From Isurus oxyrinchus (lineage: Eukaryota), in the NCBI GenBank assembly GCA_026770705.1, contig JANJGN010000009.1:61256001-61320000 (forward strand): a stretch of 64,000 nt of DNA. The letters run 5' to 3'. Positions within the stretch are counted from its first letter, which is position 1. Each line of letters opens with the position of its first letter. The position numbers and the translations under genes are program-made. Positions 24,850 through 37,300 of the stretch are shown here, piece after piece. A model generated the notes under the pieces. It was not told the DNA's origin. It ran no database searches and was given only the letters and a program-made list of their open reading frames with translations.

Positions 24850-25290
24850 AGTGCAAAAAAACTTTGCCAGCGTGATAACAGAACTGAGGAGGTATAATTA
24901 TCAGGAAAGACTGAAGAGGCTGGGGCACTTTTCTCCAGAAGAAAGAGGCTGAAAGATGACCTGATCGAGATCTTTAAAATGTGACAGGGTAATCATAGAG
25001 GAGATGCTTCCAGTTGTAGGATATACATGTCCGCAGATGTAAGATAGTCACTAATAAACTAATAAAACTTCTTTATTCAAAGAGTGCTAAGAATGGGGAA
25101 TACAGTATGAGAAGGAATAGTTGAGGCAAACAGCATATACATTTAATGGGAATCTAGATAAGCATATGAAGAACAAAAGAATAGGGTACACTGATAGGGT
25201 TGGATGAATTTGGGAGAGAGGAAAGTCCTGTGCAGCATGAATGTCAGCATAGACTAGGTGGATTGAATAGCTAGTTTCTTTGCTGTAGAC
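24850..25290 (+). mobile_element. CR1 LINE 3' fragment
   Basis: Degenerate 'ERL..LG.FS.E.RRL..DLIE.FK' coding region and CR1-type 3'UTR. Confidence 0.7.
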
Positions 25291-25780
25291 TCAAGGCAAC
25301 TCAATGTAACTTGGTGTATTGGTTCCATCAATCAATACTACCCACCTTTGTAACTTGGGTACTTCAAATGTGTGGGCTAAAAATAGTCTTTCTGCCATTA
25401 TTTGGGTATGAAGGTTTCTTCTTTCCGCTGCCTCATATTGGTTCTGATGGAGGTAGGTGAGCATTTCCATGATTGTAGCATGGGGATGGCTATTTTCCAC
25501 TCTGCTGTCTGCCAGCATACCGGAGGGCAAATTTTAAGATGAATTCTGTTGCAAGGGACTCAACTGAGGACTTCAATGGGCATCTTTCTTTTATTCTTCA
25601 TTCTTTTATGCAATGTCGGCGGCAAGGCAACATTTGTTGAACTGAGTGGCTTGCTACAACCACTTTGCTGTGGGTCTGGAGTCACATACAGGCCAGACTA
25701 GGTAAGGATGGAAGATTTTTTCCTCTAAAGGACATTAGTGAAACAAATAGGTTTTTACAACAATCAATGATAGTTTCATG

Positions 25781-28009
25781 GGCTGGGAGTTTCCATGCCT
25801 GCTGCTGTGCTGGACAAGATGGCGAGAAGGACAAAAATCAGTTTCACAAGGTTGTGAAACCAGTTTGTAATTTTCTGATCAGCCTGTCGATGGTGGGCTG
25901 CATTTCCTGCCATCAGACATTGGGAACCTCATTGTAATACATCAGCATATCAGCATAAGGCTAGACCGCCGGACTCACCCCTCCCCGCACCACCCCCTGC
26001 TGGATCACTCACCCACGTCTGTGGGAAAACACGCTGACATGTTTCACAACAGCATATATAAGGTGTGCACTTGGCAGTCTGCGCTTCATTCGGGATTTCA
26101 AGGTTTGTTTGCCTACCTTGCTTCGGTCAGCACTTGATCATCAGTGCCAGGTTTCACAGACAGCACCACATCACTTTTAGGGGGGGTCACAGATAGGTCT
26201 CTACCTACCAGATCAGCAAAATGTGGGTAAATTTTCAACAGCTGCAGGGCCAGGGTTTGCTTGGGGGGAGGGGAAGAAGTGGCCTCAGGCAAGGGAAGAG
26301 GCTGCAGGATGAGTGCTGTACTGGGGAAAGAGGGTGTGTGTGGGAGCACATGTTGATCTGTGCAACTGGCCTCAAGATGGTAATGCCTGAGTAGGGAGTC
26401 TCCAGAGGAGATGGGACCAGATGAACTTGAGGGTATGTGTGTGAGAATGGATGGTAATGTCCCTTGAGCTGGCAATAAGTGAGATGCCAGTGAATGTGTG
26501 ATGTGCTTGAGTGTGCGATCGGATGAGATGGTTGCCATATCCTGGCTGCACGGGTAAGATCATCCGTCCTCTATCTTCATTGGCTGGCCAACCTCTTCTG
26601 TGCAGCTTTGGCACTGATCACCACTGTCATCGCCTACCAAGCCAGAGCGGTAATGTTGCTGCCCCTCCTGTGGCCATAGCAGGGGTCGAGGACATCACAG
26701 CGGTGCTCCACAGCATCCAAAAAGCGCTCAAGGGCTGCAGTCGTCTTGCTTTTTGGGGCCACGTTTTCTTTGCTGCAGTCCTGGGCTGGAAGCATTGTGT
26801 GGCTATACTTTAAATGTGGTGCCTGGCGTGATAAAGCGGTGAGATGACAGTGTGGCAGAAAAACCGGAGACCGCCCGCCATCGAAACAGGGTGAATCCCT
26901 GGAATCCCGCCAACTCCAGCATGATGCCACCACCAAATACATCTTCCCATCCCCCCCCCCCGACGGCATTCCATAGGGATCGTTCCCTCCGGGACATCCT
27001 GGTCCACTCCTCCATCACCCCCTACACCTCAACCCCCACCTATGGCACCTCCCCATGCCCACGCAAAAGATGCAACACCTGCCCCTTCACTTCCTCTCTC
27101 CTCATCGTCCAAGGGCCCAAACACTCCTTTCAATTGAAGCAGCATTTCACTTGCATTTCCCCCAACTTAGTCTCCTCTACAGGAGAGACCAAACGTAAAC
27201 TGGGCCACCGCTTTGCAGAACACCTGTGATCTGTCCGCAAGAAAGACCCAAACCTCCCTGTCGCTTGCCATTTTAACACTCCACCCTGCTCTCTTGCCCA
27301 CATGTCTGTCCTTGGCTTGCTGCATTGTTCCAGTGAAGCCCAACGCAAACTGGAGGAACAGCACCTCATCTTCCGACTAGGCACTTTACAGCCTTCCGGA
27401 CTGAATATTGAATTCAACAACTTTAGACCTTGAGCTCCCTCCTCCATCCCCACCCCCTTTCTGTTTCTTCCCCCTTCCTTTTGTTTTTTCCAGTAATTTA
27501 TATAGATTTTTTTCCCACCTATTTCCATTATTTTTAAATCTACATCTTTTATGCCCTGTTAGTCTTTCCACCCCACCCCCACTAGAGCTATACCTTGCGT
27601 GTCCTGCCATCCATTCTTAATTAGCACATTCATTTAGATAATATCACTACCTTCAACACCTCTTTGTTCTTCTGTCTGTGACATCTTTTGATTATCTGCT
27701 CCTATCACTGCTTGCTTGTCCCTACAACCGCCCCCCCCCCCCCCCTTAAACCAGCTTATATTTCCCTCCTCTCCTAATATTCACTCAGTTCTGTTGAAGG
27801 GTCATTAGGACTCAAAATGTCAACTCTTTTCTTCTCCGCTGATGCTGCCAGACCTGCTGAGTTTTTCCAGGTAATTCGGTTTTTGTTTTGAATCCCTGGA
27901 ATGCCTAATTAATGCAGCAGGTTTGGGACAATACAGCATGAAAAGCTGCCATTGCAGCCAGCAAAATGTGATTTCCCTGCCCGCTACCGCACTTAGTTCA
28001 AATCTGCTC
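25781..28009 (-). mobile_element. Non-autonomous Harbinger-type element with Myb/SANT relic, interrupted by a PLE
   Basis: Reverse-homologous to 58430-59691; 3-bp TSD ATG; relic ALERFLDAVEHRCDVLDP..RRGSNITALAW. Confidence 0.75.
26906..27888 (+). mobile_element. 5'-truncated PLE copy (GIY-YIG region, 3'UTR, HHR relic at 27787-27825)
   Basis: High similarity to the reverse complement of ~2135-3195; flanked by the direct repeat TGAATCCCTGGAAT (26892-26905 and 27889-27902). Confidence 0.93.
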
Positions 28010-30744
28010 ATGGTCACCATTACTGAGACTAGCTTTATATTCTAGATTTATTAACTGAATTCAAATTCGACCAATTGCTATGGTAGGATGTGAACCCATG
28101 TCCCAGAACATTAGCCTGGGCCTCTAGATTACTAGTCCAGCACCCTTACCTCTACATCACCATCTTCCCTGCAACAGAACCCTGATGGGCATGTATATTG
28201 AGATTTTAGGTGCATGGCCTGTCAGACAGCCTCTTGTCACTGTGAAGGAGCATGGAAGGAATCCAGCTCCTATTTGGCAGTTTTCCCTCACTACAACCTC
28301 TACTCCATCTTCTTGTCACGCTACCACCCCCATGCCTGTTGTGTGGGCATGTCACCTATTCCTGGCCCTCCATATGAGAATGCAGCAATACTCATTGCTA
28401 AATCCAGAAATGTTTTAGAGTACTTACTGACACTTTGCAAAAGCAGAAGGTTTTGGAAGTCACCTTACCTGCAAGCCCTTTAGGTAATATTTACGACCCA
28501 TCTTGCAGTTGAACGTTTGATCTTTTGTGAGTGAAGTGTGAATTCACTGAATGGACCCGTGCAATCCAAATTTGGAAAATGGACATCACATCACATTGGA
28601 ATGTGTGACTTCATGAAAGAACAACTTCAATTGCTTCCAACACTTGCAGGGGCACTGACACAAGCACCCTTCTCAAGATAGCACATGTGCTATGCTGTAA
28701 GTACCTGGCCGCATGACACATACACCCAGTAGGGCAATTGACTTCCATAGTGTTATCTTTAGCAGATCTACGGACTCAAATTCCTCACCATTTGACTTTA
28801 AGATAAGTTCCACTTGAAGTATGTTAAAAAAAAATGTTAGGTATATTTTCAAGTACTTTTTGATGACTTTGGCAAGAAAACACTAACTTGTTCATTTAGT
28901 TTGCATGGATCCCAATTGGAGATTTGTGATGTAAAGATAACATAATTTGCAACAGTTATATGAGGCAATTGTAGGCTTCCAGTCCTTCCTTAAATGTGAA
29001 TTGTTTTAATGAGAACCTCCAACAATACCCCAATGACAGTAAGAAGCAAAGAGTAGAACTTCATGCAGGTGATTGCAAATGACACAGCTAGTGAAATAAG
29101 AAAAGGATGTGGAACAAATAAATAATGGCCTAGATTTTCCTGTGAGTGGTTAAATGTTGGTGTTTGCCACTGACTGCACAAACAAAATCCCTGTTTACCT
29201 GGTTTGTTGGCTGCAGCAAAAACTTCCTCTTCTTCTTGCAGCAGGGCCCTAGCATCAGGACAAACAATGAAGGTTTCCAACAGAGTGCATTATCGGTGAA
29301 GCCACAGCCCAAAGTGACAGCTAACTGGCAGCTGAGTTTTTTAATAATGATTTTAAATATTTCAATACAGTTAAGACACTTGTTAAATCGGTTTAAAGTA
29401 CCATTAAATACTAATTACTCATTACATTTAAATACTAAATTACTATACTAAATACTCATAACACTTCTAGAACAGTTTTCAAAGTCTGCTGGAGTTTGTT
29501 GCTCCCACCTGGCTCCTGCCCCCCTCCCCTTGTTCCTCTCCTCCCCTACCTGGCTCTCCCAAATCATCCCCCACCCACTGCTTCCCCCAGCTCCTCTACC
29601 CATGCCCAGCTCCTCTTCCACTCCCCACAATGTGCCCTGTTCTCCCATGCTTCTCAAGCTCCTCTCCCACCGATAGGGCAACGACAGAGCGCACAGACCT
29701 CCGTGAGGCAAAGTGCTGCCTCAGGAAGATCAGCTCAAACGTGAAAAGCAGTTTAAACAATAGGAAAAAATTTGCTGCCATGCCCCCTCATCTGACACTG
29801 TCACATGTCCATAACTTTAATTTTAAAATATTCTGAAACTTTTAAATCCCTACTTGAAATCTCATCCCACCGGTGGATGAGGTTTCATGATTTTTCGGAA
29901 GCCCGCCTGGGCTCCTGGCCTGCCTAACGACCTTAAGGTTGGATGGGCAGGTCCATTGATTGATTCAATTACTTTATTAATGGCCTTAAGTGGCTGATAT
30001 GAAAATGTAAATGACGTGGGGTGACATCTGGACGCCTGCCTGATGTCACCCCGCGTCATTTTATGCATTGGCGAGTGGGCCCCACCCCCCGCTCGCTGAC
30101 CAGAAAATGCAATTCATAGCCTTGAGCATATTAACCCAAGTCTTTATTAACAACTCATAACTATTTACATATTTACAGTGTAGGGTACAGGAATGGAGCT
30201 GACTCCAACCTAGGTCTTTAGCCAATTCTGTCCATCTCTAGACTGACCCTGGCTCTGGGTCATATGTCTTCTTACATTGCTGTATAGGTGGTACTCAGAC
30301 CTACATTAACCTTTAATTTAAAAAAAAAGCGTCTAAGGCATGCTCAAGGGCTTTGTGCTGAAATTAAGCTACATTGAGTGTAGTAGGCATCAGGCTACAA
30401 GATTGAAAAATACCCCTCCTTCGACTTACTTCAGGGCTACTGCTGAAGGGGCAGGCCAACATCGATGCCTTCCCCATGCCAAGCTGACCATAGAACTGCA
30501 ACCTTGCCTGGATTATCTTGGTGAGGCCTAAGGACCAATTTCCACTGATCCTCAGGCCTTCTGTGTTGTTTGGAGAATGGGCCCAGACAGATTTTTGCCC
30601 ATTAAATCTTGCAACTTCAGTGCTCACCTGATATTTATCTGCTAGCAACGAATGTGTCAAGGTTTGATGCATTTAACTGTAGACATGCCACTCAGTAGCC
30701 TTGACAATATCCAACATTTATTGGTTATTTACTTTCAACCAGGC

Positions 30745-31185
30745 TAATTATAGAATGGTTACAGCCCAGGAAGAGGCCATATAGGCTGTTATGTCCAAAC
30801 CAGCTCTCTGCAAGAACTACTCAGCTAGTTCTACTTCTCACTTTTTCTCCATAGCCCTGCAAAAATTTTCACTTCAGATAATTATCCAATACCTTTTTGA
30901 AAGCTATGATTAATCTGCCTCCACTACACTTTCAGGCAGCACATTCCAGATCCCAGCCACTCGCTGCATGAAATAGTTTTTCCTCATGATGCCTCTGGTT
31001 CTTTTGCCAATCACTTTAAACCTTTGGTTCTTGACCCTTCTGCAATGGGAACAGTTTCTCCCTATCTGCTCTGTTCAGGCCCCTAATATTTTGAACAGCT
31101 CTATTAAATCTCTCAACTTCATCCTTTCTCAGGAGAACAGCCCCAGCTTTGCCAAGCTATCATAAATCATTTCTGCACCCTCTCC
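30745..31185 (-). mobile_element. CR1 LINE 3' fragment
   Basis: Similar to 38470-38950. Confidence 0.7.
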
Positions 31186-33284
31186 AACTGACTCCCTGCT
31201 TTTATCTGTTGGTCTCCAGCATTGTTTTCCCTCAGGGTCACTTTCTCTGACCATTCTTCTGATTGATGATACAAATTACTGGCTGGGGAGCAAAAAGAGG
31301 CTACCATGATCAATTGCGCTCTGACACAATTGTTAAAGAGCTTCCTTCAACTGGCTCGCTAACCTGCTAAAAGTAGTGCTCACTTAAGTTTGACATTCAT
31401 TTTCAACATCTAAAAATATATTTTTAAAAAATGGTTGTCACATCTGATCAGCAGTTAACCTGCATTTTCATTGGATATTTAAAAGGATCAACACAAGTAT
31501 TGTTCAGCTCTTGATATTCCAGAAGTTGGTATCATCTGAGCTGAAGCTTATAATTGATATCGACTTCACAGTATCATTTGCCACCAAGACAGATGCATAT
31601 TAGATGCTGTCTCATAACCATGTTCTATGATGTTAACATCTCAAGTTAAAGTGACTCTGTCATCATATTGGCAGATGTACAAGTCTAATACCACCACCAA
31701 AATTAGGCTGAGCGCATCATTTCATCTCTTGAGAAGAGTATATCTTGCCTCTATAAATAAAGCACAGATGTTGAATGGCACACTTACATCAGCTGAAATT
31801 CCAGATCCAGTGCCAGACGTCCTATTCAAATATGAAACTTAATGACTTGAATTAATGCCAAGTACAAGAAATTACTTCTTCAGAAATTTCTTCTGGGCAG
31901 ACTAACATCGGAGTTCAGGTTTTGGAAGCACAATCTGATGAATAGGAAAAATGATTTGTTGCTGTTACTATTCACAAACCAGGAGTTTCACTTCCATCAG
32001 GATATCTAGCACTAGATTGCTGTATTTGGACAGCAAATTGCACTACATTAAATATAGAAGTATGTTAAGTTGCATAGAATCATACAATAGTACAGCAATG
32101 AAGAAGGCCATTTGGTCTATTGTGTTTGCACCAGCTCTTACAAAGAATAATCAGATTAGTCCCATTCCCAGCTTGCTTTAACCACGGTACCTGTTCAAAA
32201 GATGAGGCTGAACTCAAACCAACAGCTCCAGATCAATATCCCTCTTGTGACTCAATTGCAAGTAATGAAAATCATAGTGAATGAGAAGTTGTACCATATT
32301 GATCATAATAACCCATCATGTCAACCTTGTATATATTAATGCATAAATTATCTAAATGTGTCAAGGTTATAACATTAGACTTGGAAGAAAAAAATGTTTT
32401 ACATAATATATTTTAAACAGGCTTCATAAATGTTAAATGAAAATATGGATGGAGACTGTGATGGTTCCCTTTCTTTGTGAAGATCTCTATTAGCCACACT
32501 GTATGCATGTGCTAAATGGACTGGTCACATTCACATGCAGCAGTGACACTAGCTGTTGCTGAGCTGACAATGTTAGAGTAAGGGATATTAAAACAATGGT
32601 TACCAAGTCCCAGCTGAATATGGCTGCTAAAGGTTTTGAATTTACTTGTCTACAATCATTACCAAATAAATGTCAAACTTTGAAATTAACTGACTTTGAT
32701 GAAATCTGAATAAGTTATTGATAATATTTACTCACAATAAGACAAAAGTGATATAAATTTGAAAAAAAAAACATGGGAATTAGCTTCTAGAAAGTAGGAT
32801 AATGTCTTAAGTGTAATGTCTCCCCATTGATAATGGCCATGTATTACATTTGGACCTGATTAGACATCAGAGAATTCTAAAGAACATTGTCAACCACCTT
32901 CAGATATACAAATGATTTATGAAATGTCAAACTAATCAGTTGCTGTAGCTACAGTATTTCATTCTTTCTGCACATTGATACAACTGGCTTAGTATGCAAT
33001 GTTTTTTTGAAAAATCAACCTTTCTTCTTATCTGGATTTAATTCTAACAGCTCGTCATTTTCATTAGTTTTGTGTCTGTGCATATATCAAAGATTAATTT
33101 TCCATTTCAAATATTTACTAACGTTTTGAAAACTGATTTTCTTGTCAGTTTTCCTGAGGTGTGAACCTGACGTTTGTTTTTTAAGTACTCCAGTTAATAT
33201 TGGAAAGCATGCATGCGCATTGTAAGTGGTTCAATATTAATATTCATTCAATTATTTTATCTCATGAAACTAATGTTCTTTTAG

Positions 33285-33410
33285 TTGAAATTTAATGAGT
33301 TGCTGCCTTGCAAAGGCTCCATATGCTTTACATTGAGGCTGTTGATGAGAGTTCTTAAGACAAATACTTGGATGAATAACATCACGCAACTGGTCAAATC
33401 TCTATGGCAT
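33285..33410 (+). other. Candidate host-gene exon (126 nt, phase 0/0), unidentified
   Basis: Acceptor TAATGTTCTTTTAG, open frame LKFNELLPCKGSICFTLRLLMRVLKTNTWMNNITQLVKSLWH, donor GTAAGA; lies in non-repeat sequence. Confidence 0.25.
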
Positions 33411-33892
33411 GTAAGAAGTGAGAATGCCACAATTTGGGTGGATTTCTACCTGGTGCGACTTCCAACAGAAATTCTTTATGATGCTGCACAGGAGAGTCTA
33501 TAGCAAGCTTTGGTGGTGCTCGTGGCCGCCCCTGGAAATTCTGCTGAGCACGTGCCTGATAGGCTTGGCAGCTGAGAGCTGCCATATGTCGTAACAGGTC
33601 TTAGGAAGACCAAGTGTGGACAGTTCCAGAGATGATTGATTACCTTTCAAATCAGGCCCTAACCGTGTTCAGTGGCACTGTTTTTTCATCCTATGCCAGC
33701 TTCAGGGGTCGCTGTTTCTCTGAATACAATTCATCGGGTCAAAGTGCTTCTGTTGCACCGTTACAGATGGGACTGCCCAACTCAATTAAGGAAATTACTT
33801 GGATATCCTAAATTTCAGATGGGGTCAAGTCTGGGTCTCTGTGGTGATCAGATGTTCTGCTGGTGATGGTGCAGGGCTCCAAGAATTTAGAC

Positions 33893-34102
33893 AAAAACAA
33901 AAATACCTGGAAAAACTCAGCAGATCTGATAGCGTCTGCGGAGAGGAATACAGTTAATGTTTAGAGTCCATATGAAGAGTCTTCATATGGACTCGAAATG
34001 TCAACTGTATTCCTCTCTGCAGATGCTGTCAGACCTGCTGAGTTTTTCCAGATATTTTTGTTTTTGTCTAGATTTCCAGCATCCACAGTATTTTGCTTTT
34101 AT
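33893..34102. mobile_element. Fold-back PLE pseudo-LTR insert
   Basis: Long inverted arms centred on ATATGAAGAGTCTTCATAT; flanked by the 16-bp direct repeat CTCCAAGAATTTAGAC (33877-33892 and 34103-34118). Confidence 0.85.
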
Positions 34103-34261
34103 CTCCAAGAATTTAGACCTGTTATGTTTTTAATTACTGAAATGTAAAGCTACTTTGCACATTTGTATAACAGCTATGATCTAATTAATTTAAGTGATGC
34201 ATTAAAGAGCTGTTAGGTTGAAAAAATTATTTTAACTGACTTAGTTTGAGCAATTTAACGT

Positions 34262-34378
34262 TGCAAAATAGTGCAGATGCTGGATACCTGAAATAAAAGC
34301 AAAAAATGCTACTCAGGAGATCAGCAGGTCAGATAGTATCTGTGGAGAGAGAAACAGAGTTAACATTTCAAGTCCATA
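34262..34378 (-). repeat. PLE pseudo-LTR fragment
   Basis: CAGATGCTGGA..CAGCAGGTCAG..TCTGTGGAGAGAGAAACAGAGTTAACATTTC. Confidence 0.7.
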
Positions 34379-37300
34379 GTACTTTGGTTTTCTGTAGTGT
34401 TGATAATAGTTGCAAAAGCAGTCAGTTAATATCTTTATAGGCTAGATAGATATGGATCACAATGTCCAGCCAGCCCAGAAGGGAAAAAACAGTTCGGACC
34501 AGTACTTTTATTTCCCAGTATTGGGTCAGTATTAGTAGCCCTGAAATTTAATAGGTCCAGTCACTGCAAGGCTACAATCAACAAAATGTGTTCGGCACTA
34601 AACTAAATACTCAAAACATCACAGCTGAATTTGTGGTATGTCATACTAAGTCTATAGTGTGCTCTGGTCAATCCACACTCAGTATTTCCTGTTCATGCTG
34701 ACATATTCAACACAATGAATGTTAGCTTCTCTGTCTGACTTTTGTGGGATCAGGACCACTGGGAAATTTGGATGGATTATGCTTAACTCAGACCAACAGA
34801 AGACGTGTTTGAAATTTTTGTCCAGAGCCACTCAAATCTGGGATTTTCTGAATTGAAATTAGCTCTTTAAACATTCAATCAAAGAGACAAATATTTACAG
34901 AGAGTAATCAATAGTGAAGTGACAAGATTATAATTGTGTTATTAATGACTTACTCAGGACTTGCTTCTCTGTTTTATTCCTACAACTGTGTGTAAAGTGC
35001 ATTTATATGTAATTTAAGTAGGAAATAATTTGATTTGCCTGTGTAGTAACAATTAGAAATATTGAAAAGTATTAGAAACGAATAGCTCACTGCCTTGGAA
35101 ATCCTTTATGTTGTTAAAAATGATAGTTCCAGACACGCCAACTCTTCTGATTTGATGGTGAGGGATATGATTTCTCAGCCAAACCCAGCCCCACTCATGA
35201 TTTTGCAAGAGAACAGTGAAAGCATGTGATTTTTCTGCTGCTGGCATTTGCTCGGGGAGTGGGTTGGCTGTGGATTGTTGACTCTCGGAGCTGACTTTTG
35301 TTGGGTGGGCAGCAATCCCCACATCAGCCTCAATTCCGAGTCGGGAACCTGAACGTGGCTGTGGCAGGATGTCAGACGTGATCTTCCCAGAGACGGCCAA
35401 TTCAGAAGCCATATTCAGGAATCTCATCGAATTAGGGCTGGGGACCGGGTTACAGTGCCTAGGCAATCCCTTCAGCATGACTTGTGGATAGGGCAACCAG
35501 CCTCCATTGCTGTTTGGGTGCTGCTAAAGGGCCAGCAGCAGCACCAGTGAGGTGCCTGTAAGAGGGCAGTGACTGCCATTGCAGCAGATACAACTTTAGC
35601 GAAGACATCAGTCTCCATGAAATTGCTGCAGTGGCATTCCTTCTGCTTGGAGAGACCTGGACCCTGCGATTTAAAATTAATTAAAGGCCTCAAATGCATC
35701 GCATCTCAGGCCTCGCCCTGTGAAACTGCCTCCGCTGCATTGCCATGTCCCTGAGGCAGTGGGGGCACATGCACTATCAGGAAAATTTCAACCTTTATTA
35801 GAATATGGACTGATAGGCATAATAAGCACCCCAAATGGCCACCAGCCACTGCTGGAGCCTGCCTCTGGGGAAAACACATGGAGGTGAGGACATGTTATGG
35901 CACCAGCGCAACATGATTCATTCAAAATTTCCATAAATGCACCTACCACAAAGTCTGCCTTGGCCTCCAAAGAACCCCCCTGCAGGCCTAGGAATATTTA
36001 GTCCTCTGTTTGCTGATTAGTGTCTTGATTACAGAGAACAGGCTCTGCAAGGTCCAAATATGCCACATCTTTTTTATAGATGAAAATCTCATGGAGGAAA
36101 AGCTGCAGTTGGAGGAGGGGGGCTGGGTGAGGGTGGGGTTGGAGGGGGGAAGTGACCAGCGTGCTCATGCTGCCTGTATCTATGTGCCTTTTTTTCAGCT
36201 CAGGCACTAAAGAAGATCGAGGGAATGTGCTTAAATTTTTGGCCTTAATTTCAAATTCCTGCACATCCCCTCCACTTCTCCAATACCAAGCTTCTTAAAA
36301 GTTGCATTGAGTGGAATTTAATGCTCTCCTCAGGGGCAAGTTTGGTAGTGCGGGGACAAATAATCAGGTGCAAGGGTGGTGGGTAGTGACCTCTCTGTCT
36401 TCCCACCTCCACGCTGATTAACTTTGTGGAGAGAAGGCCGTGGATGGCCTTATCTCCCCGCTGCCAATTTAGGCCCTTAAGTGGACAATTAATATCCACT
36501 TGAGGGCCTCATCCTGCCACTATGAGTATTAACCCAATGGCAGATGGGGCAGTCATGTGGCGAGTATGGCAAGCAAAGCCCTGTGGGGTTGCTTGCATGT
36601 TCCCAGGGGAAGGGGGTGGCATTCAGTGCTTGATTGAAGGATGCAGCATTACGAAGGGTGAGGTTCTATTGAGAACCTTGATGCTGATCCCCTCTCCCCA
36701 CAACTTCCACCCCACAATACCCCTCCCTCCATCACTTGTCGGTGACCTGCGATCCAGCAATTATACAGGCTTCAGGTGAGTGTTGTACCAGCAACAGCCT
36801 CTGCAGTGGCACTGTGATCAATAAGGTGGCTGGCCTTTGATGGCTGACAGCTCTCCGCAGGCAGGACTTCAGGGTCCTTGATCCTGACGAAGGCCAGCCA
36901 CGGTCCAGGTTAGTGCCCGAGTAGTAATTAATTTGACTGAATTTACCTAAAAGAGGCGAGATGGGTCTCTTGCTCGCTCTCCAGTCTGTGCTTCAGACCC
37001 CTATCACCTCTGTTAAATACCACCCATTATATTCCTTATGCATGAGATTTCAAAACAATGTTCTCTAATTTGGGAAGCTAAGAAAATAAAAAGAGGTGTT
37101 AAAAGTACTTTACCTGCTGAAACACTGGGTGGGATTTAATGTAATTGACACAAATTCAGCCCACTGGTAAGAGAACAGGTGGAAAAGCCATGTTGCTTGG
37201 AGGCTGGACTGGATGAAATATCTGTTAACTGTCCAGTGTTGGGCCTTCCCCTGGATTCAGGACCCTGGTGGAAGAAATCTCTCTAGTCGAGATCAGCTGG

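Larger units (their letters stand above)
25580..28165 (-). mobile_element. tRNA-derived SINE split by nested insertions (tail 25580-25780, head 28010-28165)
   Basis: Both pieces are reverse-homologous to the SINE at 52475-52963. Confidence 0.7.
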
